DNA of 64,000 nucleotides from a virus: positions 1 through 64,000 of the IMG/VR virus record IMGVR_UViG_3300045594_000099. The stretch is one strand, 5' to 3'. A model generated the notes under the pieces. That model was not told the DNA's origin and ran no database searches. It worked only from the letters and a program-made list of their open reading frames with translations. Shown here in pieces: positions 8,754-18,050 of the stretch. The first letter of the stretch is position 1, and each line of letters begins with the position of its first letter. A program made the position numbers and the translations under genes.

Positions 8754-11700
8754 ATGTCATACATTGGACTTCATCAGCATCTTGATTCTTCATGTTTGGA
8801 TGGTTTTCAGACTCGTCAAGAACTTGTATCAAGAGCAAAAAGTCTTGGCATGAATGCTGTAGCTATAACAGATCATGGAACTTGTGCAATTCATGTCAAG
8901 TTTGCGCAAGAATGTGCTAAGCAGTCAGATGACAATCTTACGATCAAGCCGATATTCGGTATGGAGTCATATCTTGTAGACGATGTTCATGATATCATGA
9001 CAGACAGGATAGCTCATACTAGAGCTGGAAAGGTCAAATACAATAAAGAGACTGGCGAACCTGAATTAGAGAAGCAAAGAGCTTCAGACTTCAATCATTG
9101 TTGCTTATGGGCTCAGAATGACAAGGGCTTGGAGAATCTTTGGACTGTGTCAACTCTTTCGTATACAGAAGGGTTCTACAGAAAGCCACGTATTGACTTC
9201 AATATGCTTAAGACGTATGGCGAAGGCTTGTTCGTATCAGATGGCTGCATGCTTTCTAGGGTGTCAAGATGCATAGCTAATGATGATATCAAAGGTGCTA
9301 TTGCATGGGAGAAGAAGCTTATTGATGCTGTTGGCAAAGAAAATGTTCTTGTAGAGATTCATACATGGCAGTTCTGCGATCCAAAGACTGAAGAGCAGTT
9401 CAATCTAAATAGCATAATGACGAAGACTAATAAAGTCAAGATTGAGATTGCTAAAGAGCTTGGTCTTAGAACTATAGCAGTCAATGATGCTCATTATGCA
9501 AAAAGAGAAGATTATCGTTGGCATGAGCTTGTATGGCAGTCAACTACAGGAAAAGGTAGCGATCTGAATGATGACAAGACTAGTGGACGTGGAGAGACAG
9601 CTGCTTGGGTCATGTCTGAAGATGAATGCTTCTATTGGCTAAAGAAGCATGGTCTTGATGATGAAGACATTCAGACAGCTATAGACAATACTCAATGGGT
9701 TGCAGATCATTGCAATGCGAAAATCAAGTTCGGCATGGTTCCACCGCGATATGGTGACTCTAAGGAAGACGATGACAGGTTGCTTGAAAAGCTTGTCTTA
9801 GAGGGTGCTAGGGAAAGAATTCCTTCTGTAGATCAAGCTCAAGAATATATGGCAGAGCTTAAGAAAGAGCTTGAGCTTATAGAGAAGACAGACTTGTCAG
9901 GATACTTCCTTATTGTCTGGGATTATGTCAACTTTGTCTTGTCAGATGATGAAGATGGCTCTAAGTATGGAATTGTAGGCAAGAAAGCTTCGTTGCTAGG
10001 TGTAGCACGTGGTTCAAGTGGAGCTTCAGTAGTATGCTACTTCTTGAGAATTACGAATATTGATCCGATAAAGAACAGTCTGTATTTCGAACGTTTTCTT
10101 ACAGCAGGACGTGTTGTATCGTCTGTCAACATCAAGTTTGAAGATGGATGGAAGAAATTCTCACCATCTGAAAAGATATCTCTATCTGATGGCACAAGTA
10201 AAGATGCATGGAAGCTTTTGTATGAAGAAGATGATACAGAATATGGGAAAGAGATAGATTCAAGCTTCGACTTCAAAGACTGCCCAGATATCGATCTCGA
10301 TTTTGAAGCTTCAGTCATTCCACAAGTAGATGCATATCTTAAGAAACGCTGGGGCGAATGGAATGTATGCAGAATCGGTACTGAACTACAAGGCAAGATA
10401 TCGACTTCGGTCCACGATGTATTCGCTATCCATGGATACTCTTCTTCAGACATATTCAATCTGAATCGGAAGATTGCTGCAACAGGCTGGGATACTGGTG
10501 AATACATGGAGCTTCAGACTTATGAAGATTTCATAGAATGCATATCTAAAGATGAAGACCTCAAGAAGATAGTAGATGAGACAGAATACTTCAAAGAGGC
10601 ATGGAATTTCGGTGGAAGAATCAGGACATATGGCGTGCATGCATCAGGCTATGTGATATCTAAGAAGTCATTGCTTGGCAAGATGCCGCTTCGTGTTGCA
10701 CAAGGCATTTTAGTGACTCAATTCTCTCATGATCAGGTTGCAAGCATGGGATTCATAAAGTATGATGTTCTCAAGCTTTCTTCACTTGGGACAATACGCG
10801 AAGTATATGAGAATGTACACGGCAAACTTGATCCCGAATCGATATATGCCGATATGCAGAATGACAAGCTATTCGATGGCGCTGCTATATGGAAGCCGAC
10901 ATGGGATGGAGATGTCTTGGGCATATTCCAGCTAGATACTCCATTAGGCAAGACTACTGCAACGAATGCTATAGTCAATTCAGTATCTGATGCAGGCATG
11001 ATTACAGCTGTTGATCGACCAGGTCTAGTACGAAGTGGACTAATCAAAGACTTCTACAAGGTCAGAAAAGGCGAAGAGGGATGTCCAAGCTACCATCCAT
11101 TCACAGATTCTATTCTTGAAGAGACTTCTGGCTTTGTCGTATATCAGGAGCAGATCATGAAGATCTACTCTAGGCTATGCAACATGAATATGGAGGAAGC
11201 AGACAATGTAAGGAAAGTTTTCTCTAAGAAGCAAGTCACTAAAGTGCCTGCAATGAAGAAGTTGCTTTATGATGTATGTCTTAATGACAAGAACTTCATA
11301 GACAGTGTTCCTGTGAAGTATTCATCTCCTAAAGAATGTCTTGACGATCTATGGGTTGGAATATCAAGAACAGCAGAATATTCATTCAACAAATCGCATT
11401 GCCTTGATGGTCACACTTTAGTAAAGCTAGATACTGGTGAATGCATATATATGTCTGAGTTATTCAAAAGATATGAATCTGGTGAAGAGCTGAAGATAAT
11501 GTCTATGATGCCAGATGGAAAGATAGCTTCTGCAAAAATTCATGAAGTAATGAAGTCTGGAATCAAAGAGTTGCTTACGATAACTCTTGCAAATGGAGCA
11601 CTTATTCGAGCAACTCCAGAGCATAGGTTCTTGACTACTAGAGGTTATGTCGCTGTGAAAGACTTTCGCGATGATGAGGAGCTTATATTCGATAGTAAGC

Positions 11701-13424
11701 ATAGATATGCACATACTTCATTGTCAAAAGCTATGAAAGATACACAGTCAAGAATTACTCATGAGCAAAGATGCAAGCATCAGCAAAATGTTCAGAAGAT
11801 TCATCCAGATAGATGCAAGAATGGGTATATTGCTGGGCAAAAATCATTGATGAGACTTAGGGAAGATGAAGAGTGGTCTAAAAGACATAATAAGAATACA
11901 TCGATTGGTATTCAAAAGTATTGGAATGGCATAGACGATAAAAAGCATGCAAGAAAATGGACTGGGTTCACTTTTTGGCAGACAATGTCTAAAGAAGAAC
12001 TCATGATATTCGAACAGTCTCGGGCCAAAAAGATGAAAGCTACATTAGCTAAAAAGACAGACGATCAGTGGCAAGAGATAACGGATAAAATTAGGAATAC
12101 TAAGCTTGAGCATGGATGTGTCAACTTCGGCAAGAAGACATTTTTGTCAGATGGAAGGCTTTGCGATTCTATGTTTGAAGCTAAGATTGGTGAGTATTTG
12201 ATTGACAGAGGTGTAAAGTTTAGTCTTCATAAACAACTCAGAGGGCAAGGCGACCATAAGCATGTATTCTGTGATTTTTATGCAAATGGCGTCTATATAG
12301 AAGCTGATGGTCTGTACAGAGGCGATGACTTCTTTAAGAATAAGAAGTATGGAGATGATTTGCCATTCTTAGTTTTGTATCCAAACGACTGGAAATATAA
12401 GATTGATGCTATGCTTATGGGAGATCACGTATCGAATGGCATCAAAGTCGTTTCTATTGAAAAGAAGCCTCTTCCTGGAAGATGGCATAAGACATATGGA
12501 ATGACATATGACATTGAGATGGATGACCATTATCCAGCAAACTTCATAGCAAATGGCATCGTATCGCACAATTCAATGTCATACGGCATGATAACAGCAT
12601 ACGAACAATATATGAAGGTCAGATGGCCATTGCAGTTCATATGCGCATCTTTGAATACAGATCCAGGTCAGATAGAGTTTCTGAAGTATGCTATAGTTCG
12701 TGGTTATAATGTCAAAACTCCCAATGTCAACAAATCAACAGACAAATATGTAGTAGACAACAATACTATATACATGCCAATGTGGTCTATAAAAGGTGTT
12801 GGTGGAAAAGCTGTTGAAGAGATTCTCAATAATGGTCCATATTCATCATATGATGACTTTCTAGACAAGACTACTGGAAGAGGTGGTCGAAAGAAGAATG
12901 TTCTTCAAAGTCTTATATCAATAGGCGCTTTTGATGGAGTAGATGAAAGAAGTAGATATGACCTGATGTGTGCATTTGCAGAATCTAAAGGACTAGAAAA
13001 ACCATATAAGAAGAATTTCGAATCTGACAGAATAATTGCTAAGATCGAGCAAGAACTTCTAGGTGTATCATTGTCATATGACGATGTTCTAGATAACAAA
13101 GACTGGCTGTCATCAGAATCTCCTCAATCAATGGCTGGTCTTATGAAGACTGATGTAGGTGAATCTACTAAGATTGCTGGCAAGATAACATCTACGAAGA
13201 CTAAGAATGCTAAGAATGGCTTGATGGCATGGGTTACGCTTAAGCTTGTGTCTCAAGAAGAAGTCAAGATAACAGTATTTGCAAATTCGTATTCTAGATT
13301 CAAAGACTATCTTTCTACTGGAGATTTAGTATCGATAATGTGCAAAAGAAGCTCGGATTTCAATGGCGCACCATCATTCATATGCAATTATGTGTTCAAC
13401 AAGTCTATTCAGCAAGACAAATAG
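8754..13424 (+). CDS. dnaE: DNA polymerase III alpha subunit (DnaE type) interrupted by an intein
   Basis: PHP motifs GLHQHLDSSCLDG and AITDHG; GVARGSSGASVVCYFLRITNIDPI..LYFERFL; PDIDLDF; GVHASGYVI; IKYDVLKL; GIFQLD; DRPGLV; YQEQIM; FNKSH/(intein)/SMSYGMITAY. Confidence 0.93.
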   Translation: MSYIGLHQHLDSSCLDGFQTRQELVSRAKSLGMNAVAITDHGTCAIHVKFAQECAKQSDDNLTIKPIFGMESYLVDDVHDIMTDRIAHTRAGKVKYNKETGEPELEKQRASDFNHCCLWAQNDKGLENLWTVSTLSYTEGFYRKPRIDFNMLKTYGEGLFVSDGCMLSRVSRCIANDDIKGAIAWEKKLIDAVGKENVLVEIHTWQFCDPKTEEQFNLNSIMTKTNKVKIEIAKELGLRTIAVNDAHYAKREDYRWHELVWQSTTGKGSDLNDDKTSGRGETAAWVMSEDECFYWLKKHGLDDEDIQTAIDNTQWVADHCNAKIKFGMVPPRYGDSKEDDDRLLEKLVLEGARERIPSVDQAQEYMAELKKELELIEKTDLSGYFLIVWDYVNFVLSDDEDGSKYGIVGKKASLLGVARGSSGASVVCYFLRITNIDPIKNSLYFERFLTAGRVVSSVNIKFEDGWKKFSPSEKISLSDGTSKDAWKLLYEEDDTEYGKEIDSSFDFKDCPDIDLDFEASVIPQVDAYLKKRWGEWNVCRIGTELQGKISTSVHDVFAIHGYSSSDIFNLNRKIAATGWDTGEYMELQTYEDFIECISKDEDLKKIVDETEYFKEAWNFGGRIRTYGVHASGYVISKKSLLGKMPLRVAQGILVTQFSHDQVASMGFIKYDVLKLSSLGTIREVYENVHGKLDPESIYADMQNDKLFDGAAIWKPTWDGDVLGIFQLDTPLGKTTATNAIVNSVSDAGMITAVDRPGLVRSGLIKDFYKVRKGEEGCPSYHPFTDSILEETSGFVVYQEQIMKIYSRLCNMNMEEADNVRKVFSKKQVTKVPAMKKLLYDVCLNDKNFIDSVPVKYSSPKECLDDLWVGISRTAEYSFNKSHCLDGHTLVKLDTGECIYMSELFKRYESGEELKIMSMMPDGKIASAKIHEVMKSGIKELLTITLANGALIRATPEHRFLTTRGYVAVKDFRDDEELIFDSKHRYAHTSLSKAMKDTQSRITHEQRCKHQQNVQKIHPDRCKNGYIAGQKSLMRLREDEEWSKRHNKNTSIGIQKYWNGIDDKKHARKWTGFTFWQTMSKEELMIFEQSRAKKMKATLAKKTDDQWQEITDKIRNTKLEHGCVNFGKKTFLSDGRLCDSMFEAKIGEYLIDRGVKFSLHKQLRGQGDHKHVFCDFYANGVYIEADGLYRGDDFFKNKKYGDDLPFLVLYPNDWKYKIDAMLMGDHVSNGIKVVSIEKKPLPGRWHKTYGMTYDIEMDDHYPANFIANGIVSHNSMSYGMITAYEQYMKVRWPLQFICASLNTDPGQIEFLKYAIVRGYNVKTPNVNKSTDKYVVDNNTIYMPMWSIKGVGGKAVEEILNNGPYSSYDDFLDKTTGRGGRKKNVLQSLISIGAFDGVDERSRYDLMCAFAESKGLEKPYKKNFESDRIIAKIEQELLGVSLSYDDVLDNKDWLSSESPQSMAGLMKTDVGESTKIAGKITSTKTKNAKNGLMAWVTLKLVSQEEVKITVFANSYSRFKDYLSTGDLVSIMCKRSSDFNGAPSFICNYVFNKSIQQDK
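11400..12572 (+). mobile_element. 391-aa intein in DnaE at the FNKSH site, with a non-LAGLIDADG (PD-(D/E)xK / DUF559-like) endonuclease insert
   Basis: Begins CLDGHTLVKL (Cys1 codon 11400-11402); block B ATPEHRF; blocks F/G TYDIEMDDHYPANFIANGIVSHN then Ser+1 (12573); central CDSMFEAKIGEYLIDRGVKF...FCDFYANGVYIEADG. Confidence 0.85.
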
Positions 13425-13520
13425 ATTAACGACGTTATTCTCTGTTGATACGAATTTTTAAGTATATATAATTATATATATAGTATACTAGGTATTCACA
13501 GAGATAAACGTCGTTAATCT
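13423..13520. repeat. Palindromic intergenic element, copy 2
   Basis: agattaacgacgttattctctgttgat..gtatatataattatatata..attcacagagataaacgtcgttaatct; begins at the dnaE stop. Confidence 0.85.
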
Positions 13521-13563
13521 GGTGAAATATCAGATATCAATCTAATAAAGGAAAACATCGAAA

Positions 13564-13764
13564 ATGGCTATTCTTAATGGCATAGAGAAAGATATCGACA
13601 ATGCTTTGCATTCTGTATGTGAAGTACTGACTACAAATGACAATCTTACAGTCATTGAATCTGACCTGCTTACGCAGTCTATAGCACATCTTGGTTCAGC
13701 AAGGACTTTGATAAAGTCTGCTAAGATATCATACAAAGACAGTTTTCGAGGTTCAAGCAAATGA
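13564..13764 (+). CDS. Hypothetical small protein
   Basis: 66-aa ORF after aaaggaaaac; overlaps next gene by ATGA. Confidence 0.5.
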   Translation: MAILNGIEKDIDNALHSVCEVLTTNDNLTVIESDLLTQSIAHLGSARTLIKSAKISYKDSFRGSSK

Positions 13765-14630
13765 TTGACATGCCATATAGAAAGCGAAAGCAAGTATTCG
13801 TTCTAGATTCTAATCTGCTTATGATGAAGTCGGCAGCAGTCTTTAGAAATCTTAGCCTTGAGTCAGGAGAAGAGTCTGGAATAGTCTATGGCTATGTCAG
13901 CAAGGTACTGAATATCATTTGGCAAGATATGCCAGACTACTTTGTTCCATTGTTTGACAATGGACGATCAAAGTACAGGACTAACATCAGAGCAGAATAC
14001 AAAGGCAACAGAGGCAAGAAGTCAGATTCGAAGATAAAGCAGTTCGAAGCTTGCAAGGAGTTCGCTAGCCTACTTGGATTCAATCCATATTGCCTTGCTA
14101 ATACAGAAGCAGACGACCTTGCAGCAGCAATAGTAAGCAAGTATGCTAGCAAGTACTACATCAAACTGTGGTCTGCAGACCATGACTGGAGACAATTGCT
14201 TAGAGACAACGTAGTGCTCATCAAGGAGCTAAAAGGCAATATCGAGCTCATAACAGAAAAGAAGGCGACAGAAGAGCTAGGTCTTGACATTCATAGATGG
14301 CCAGAGATTGCTGCGATAGTTGGAGATCCTGGTGATGGAGTGTATGGTCTGAAGGGCTTTGGCTATGGAAAAGCTAAGAAGATGCTGTACAAGTATGGCG
14401 ATCTTTGGAATGCTGTAGCTAACGATGACAAGCTTAAGCCATATTCGAAGACTATTCTTGAGAACTACCAGCTTACGATCTTAGACGGCTCTATTGCAGA
14501 AGAGCAGGTCAGTATAGAAGCTCATGACATACGTAACATAAAAGACATAGACAGAGAAGCGTTGTATGCTTTCTTTGATAGGTGGCAACTGAACAAGGCT
14601 AAGAAAGACTTCGAGAATGAATTCGTCTGA
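13761..14630 (+). CDS. 5'-3' exonuclease / flap endonuclease (Pol I N-terminal domain family)
   Basis: FVLDSNLLMMKS; IRAEYKGNR; NTEADDLAAAIV; IVGDPGDGVYGLKGFGYGKAKKML (H3TH-type GD.sD..pG..GiG.KtA). Confidence 0.85.
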   Translation: MIDMPYRKRKQVFVLDSNLLMMKSAAVFRNLSLESGEESGIVYGYVSKVLNIIWQDMPDYFVPLFDNGRSKYRTNIRAEYKGNRGKKSDSKIKQFEACKEFASLLGFNPYCLANTEADDLAAAIVSKYASKYYIKLWSADHDWRQLLRDNVVLIKELKGNIELITEKKATEELGLDIHRWPEIAAIVGDPGDGVYGLKGFGYGKAKKMLYKYGDLWNAVANDDKLKPYSKTILENYQLTILDGSIAEEQVSIEAHDIRNIKDIDREALYAFFDRWQLNKAKKDFENEFV

Positions 14631-15357
14631 TGCATTGTCTAGCATAGAGTTTATGCCTGAGAATGTTCCAGTCTCAGCTAATTTCAGCTCAGATGATGCG
14701 TACTACTACTGTGATGAATGCGGAGACAGGTTCGATTCCATAGGTGCTCTTAACTTTCATAAGACTAGCTTCCACTATGACAGATGGAAAGACATTGATA
14801 GTGCGCAGTATGATGCTGGACAGACATGTCTCTATAACGGCACCCAATGGCTATGGGGCGAATTCAAGAAAGAGCATGCTTTGCCAGATGTAGTCTTCTC
14901 GTTCGACTATGACAGATACATACATAGAGACGACTACGACAAGAACATCATGCCAGCATTCTTCAAAGACAAATGCAAAGACTTGCGAACAGGGCTTATG
15001 TACGATCTTCTTTCTTTCAGCTATCAATGGAAGATGCTTGACCCTTATGCTAAAGCTGCTTCTTTAGCGCATACAGCTGCTCATATAGAGTACATGAATA
15101 GCGGAAGAGCTGTGACTAAGAAGTTTAGCCATGGAAGAGTCTTCAAGAAGATAGCTGAATCGTATCTGTTAGAATGCTCAAGAACGCAAAATGGCTGGGA
15201 TGCTACTTATGCTACTAAGAAGTTCAAAGACAGATACAAGGGAGCATGCAAAGAGCTTGCAAGATATCATCCGCTTGCCGTAGTCGAAGAAGGAAGAAGA
15301 AAGAAGCTATGCAGCGCAGAAAGTAGCAAGCTATGCAATCTTCCAAAACTGATCTGA
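14617..15357 (+). CDS. Hypothetical protein with a C2H2-like zinc finger
   Basis: YYCDECGDRFDSIGALNFHKTSFH near N-terminus; otherwise unrecognised. Confidence 0.55.
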   Translation: MNSSDALSSIEFMPENVPVSANFSSDDAYYYCDECGDRFDSIGALNFHKTSFHYDRWKDIDSAQYDAGQTCLYNGTQWLWGEFKKEHALPDVVFSFDYDRYIHRDDYDKNIMPAFFKDKCKDLRTGLMYDLLSFSYQWKMLDPYAKAASLAHTAAHIEYMNSGRAVTKKFSHGRVFKKIAESYLLECSRTQNGWDATYATKKFKDRYKGACKELARYHPLAVVEEGRRKKLCSAESSKLCNLPKLI

Positions 15358-15358
15358 T

Positions 15359-15387
15359 TTTACTTTCTGCAATTGATGTTATATAAT
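15359..15387 (+). promoter_or_regulatory. Conserved cassette promoter (TTTACT-17-TATAAT)
   Basis: ctGATTTTACTTTCtgcaattgatgtTATATAATtaa directly after the stop at 15357. Confidence 0.75.
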
Positions 15388-15422
15388 TAAATCATAAAAA
15401 ATGAAAAACGAAAGGATATGTT

Positions 15423-16082
15423 TTGGGTAGACGCAAAAAAGACAATCCAAAATACAAAGAAGACGGATTCGTCACAACGAATCTTGATACTGGAATGCAG
15501 ATCGTCGATGGAAGCAAATGTCTTAATGACTACCATCTGACCAATGACATAACGATGTTTTCAGATGCTATCATGTTCGCATTCAAATATGGCATAGTCG
15601 TCAATATTTCTGAATGGTGGCTTGACGATGCTAAAGACATATCAGACGGCAAGATCTACATTGAGAATATGGGCTTTGAAGTCAGCAAACTTCTTCCTAG
15701 CATGAAGATGTATGATCCATGGCTTAATGATGATCTGTACTGGCTTAAGTCATGGACACCTGGTGCGAATGTCAACAAGTTTTCCAGCTGGTCTGATATA
15801 GAGCATGATACGCCTAGAATACAGCAAGTAGAGCATATACGAGGTCCATTCGATCGTTTTGACAAGTATGACATTGACAAGTACTTCAAAAGAGAAGATG
15901 TTCTAGAATGGGACGCTGACGTTGATGAAAGACGTAACTGGCAGAAGAACATAGAAGAGAAAGGTGTTCTTTCTACAGAAGAAGGCAAGAATCTTCATTA
16001 TGAAGAGTCTTCTGGATTGAGCATTGCTGGCAAGATGTGGAAGCCTAGCATCAAGAAGATAAAGGAAGCTGAGCTGTCATGA
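15423..16082 (+). CDS. Hypothetical protein (TTG start)
   Basis: aaagga-6 nt-TTG, the same SD spacing seen at other TTG starts here; no motif recognised. Confidence 0.55.
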   Translation: MGRRKKDNPKYKEDGFVTTNLDTGMQIVDGSKCLNDYHLTNDITMFSDAIMFAFKYGIVVNISEWWLDDAKDISDGKIYIENMGFEVSKLLPSMKMYDPWLNDDLYWLKSWTPGANVNKFSSWSDIEHDTPRIQQVEHIRGPFDRFDKYDIDKYFKREDVLEWDADVDERRNWQKNIEEKGVLSTEEGKNLHYEESSGLSIAGKMWKPSIKKIKEAELS

Positions 16083-16774
16083 ATGTTTTGACTTTTGATT
16101 TGGAGACTACTGGCCTTGATTTCGATTCAGACCAGATTACTCAATTTGCTGCAATGCATTTTAGTGATTGCAAGATAAAGGAATTCCAGTTCAAGCTGCC
16201 AGCAACTAAGCAATTGTCTGATGCCGCAATTGAGAAGACTGGATTCGATCTTGATAGCTTGAAGAAAGATTCGCCATTCGACGACTACAACGAAGCGCTT
16301 AAGAATGCTTTGAATGCAATAGTCTCTGCTATATCAAACGACTTTGTGATTTGCGGATACAATGTATCGTTTGACTTCACGATGCTTTTCAACAATGCTG
16401 CAAGAGAGCTTAACGTCAACAAGACTGCTTTAAGCAAGCTGTTCAATATTGCTTTAGTATATGATGCGTATGTCATTGACAAAGAATACAGACGCAATAC
16501 TAACGGAATGTCAAGGCGTCTTGTAGATGTAGCAGACTTCTATGAAGTGCCAAGCAAGCCAAATCATGATGCTAAGTATGATGTAAGAGCGACATTCGAG
16601 ATAATGCAAGCTCAGTTGCAATCGTATAATGACAAGCTTGGAGACAGCAAAGAGCAAATATGCAAAGATTGCAAGCTTGCAGCTATTGCACAAAGAGAAT
16701 CGCTCAATATGTGGTTGAAGACTAAAGAGCATGAGAAGCTTTACGATGGATTCCCTATTCTAAAAGAAATCTGA
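16079..16774 (+). CDS. dnaQ: DnaQ-like DEDDh 3'-5' exonuclease
   Basis: ExoI FDLETTGL; ExoII GYNVSFDFTML; ExoIII HDAKYDVRAT. Confidence 0.85.
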   Translation: MNVLTFDLETTGLDFDSDQITQFAAMHFSDCKIKEFQFKLPATKQLSDAAIEKTGFDLDSLKKDSPFDDYNEALKNALNAIVSAISNDFVICGYNVSFDFTMLFNNAARELNVNKTALSKLFNIALVYDAYVIDKEYRRNTNGMSRRLVDVADFYEVPSKPNHDAKYDVRATFEIMQAQLQSYNDKLGDSKEQICKDCKLAAIAQRESLNMWLKTKEHEKLYDGFPILKEI

Positions 16775-16792
16775 CTTATTTTCATCATCGAT

Positions 16793-16821
16793 TTTACAAA
16801 CGTAAAAGAGTGTATTATAAT
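16793..16821 (+). promoter_or_regulatory. Conserved cassette promoter (TTTACA-17-TATAAT) driving the tRNA/structured-RNA region
   Basis: cGATTTTACAaacgtaaaagagtgtatTATAATaaaac; no ORF follows. Confidence 0.7.
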
Positions 16822-16834
16822 AAAACTATAAGGT

Positions 16835-17150
16835 TTAATCCAATCATAATGCGGTTGCCTTGAAACGGTTGAGGCTAGTTAGATTCCTTTCAGACCTTGA
16901 TCGTTTCGTTAATTGTTGCATGCATCTTAATGGTGCATGCAACTTTAATCTTTGCAATTCAAATATTGCATTTTGGGTAATATGGTACTGTATGTAGAGT
17001 GTTCTGTATATTGCTGATGTTCGATTCATCAGTTACCTACGCAGTTTCAGTAGGCTATGAGTTAGCAGCATGACGAAAGTCATCATGGTTATATGTGACC
17101 ACTAACGAGCTGAATGCTATAGCATACAGTCTGGTGCAATGCCAGACATT
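16835..17150 (+). ncRNA. Hairpin-rich non-coding transcript upstream of tRNA-Arg (decayed tRNA array or unknown structured RNA)
   Basis: No credible ORF. Perfect 10-bp stem gttgcatgca/tgcatgcaac (16914-16942); tgcaat/attgca; T-arm-like tgatgTTCGATTcatca plus acceptor-like gggtaat/gttacct (16975-17038); atgac-GAAA-gtcat; gtctgg/ccagac. Confidence 0.3.
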
Positions 17151-17224
17151 GCCTTTGTAATTCAACTGGATAGAATGCCCGTCTTCTAAACGGGATGTTG
17201 CGAGTCCGAGTCTCGCCAAAGGCA
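17151..17224 (+). tRNA. tRNA-Arg (anticodon UCU)
   Basis: Cloverleaf by hand: acceptor GCCTTTG/CAAAGGC, D stem ATTC/GAAT, anticodon stem CCCGT/ACGGG with loop CTTCTAA, T stem GCGAG/CTCGC with loop TCCGAGT, discriminator A; 74 nt. Confidence 0.85.
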
Positions 17225-17322
17225 CGCACAAAAAATGTAGAAAGGTGATTATGTAATGCTGGTAGTTTAACTCTCTTTTCTACCAGCACATACCAATATA
17301 TGCTGTTAGCTCAGAAGGTTAG

Positions 17323-18045
17323 ATGATATTTATGTTCGTTTGTGATATTTGTGATAGAAGTTTTGATACAAAAGGCGGTATGCATTATCATAGAACAGTA
17401 ATTCATGATAAGAATATAAACGAAAAAATTAAGACGTCGTATAAGAGGAAAAACCAATACTAAAGAAGCAAATGCTAAAAGAAGAAAAACGTGTCTAGAA
17501 AGATATGGATGTATTCCAATTAATAGCAAAGCTTCACATGAAAAAGCACATAAAACATATATGTCTAGAGGTTATAAACATAGGAAAGGTACTCATTTAT
17601 CTAAATAGCAAAAGAAAGAATTTCTGTTGGAAGAAAACGATATCTATATAATTTATCAGATGAAGAAAGAAGTATTTTATTTAATAAATGCGCAAGAGGA
17701 AATAAAAGCATAGTTAATTTTGAAAATAAAATGATAAGATGCGATTCTGATTTGGAAGCTAAATTTGTTAATTTAGCAGAAGAATTACAGTTAAAAAATT
17801 TTGATAGATGTAATAGACATATAAATTACATTTATGAAGGAGAAAAGCATAGATACTATCCAGATTTTGAATTTGATTATAATGGAAAAAGGTTTATAGC
17901 AGAAGTAAAGAATAGTCATAATAGATATAATCATAAGGTATTAGCTAAAGAATCTGCTGCAATAGATTCTTTAAAAAATATAGAATACTTTATAATTACA
18001 GAAAAACAAATGAATAAGGATTGTTTGTTAGAACTAATCAGTTAA
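17323..18045 (+). pseudogene. Free-standing homing-endonuclease gene broken by two compensating frameshifts; only the nuclease-domain ORF 17731..18045 is intact
   Basis: Three fragments: 17323-17463 (frame 1; CDICDRSFDTKGGMHYHRTVIH zinc finger), 17462-17608 (shifted frame; KRRKTCLERYGCIPIN module) and 17605-18045 (frame 1; CDSDLEAKF...YYPDFEF...IAEVK = PD..ExK). Very AT-rich compared with flanks. Confidence 0.65.
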
Positions 18046-18050
18046 TAAAC

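Noticed and set aside
10095-10290. Roughly 55-aa extra segment in DnaE between FERFL..GR and PDIDLDF as a third intein or remnant
   Set aside because: It has no Cys/Ser-initiated block A and no terminal HN. It is more likely a lineage-specific loop insertion, and I cannot evaluate it further by eye.
10037-10507. 156-aa minus-strand ORF, and similar antisense ORFs inside dnaE, ligA, terL and tail genes
   Set aside because: They lie entirely inside strongly supported + strand genes. They have no motif, no SD sequence and low-complexity Ser/Leu-rich translations.
16975-17038. A second tRNA gene (T-arm TTCGATT with matching acceptor stem)
   Set aside because: Only 64 nt separate the acceptor strands, and no D arm or anticodon arm can be drawn. 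I kept it only as part of the structured-RNA observation.
17254-17292. Hairpin tgctggtag-N14-ctaccagca after tRNA-Arg as a terminator or tRNA
   Set aside because: It is too short for a tRNA, and no T-tract follows, so it is not a classical terminator. It may just be a processing stem.
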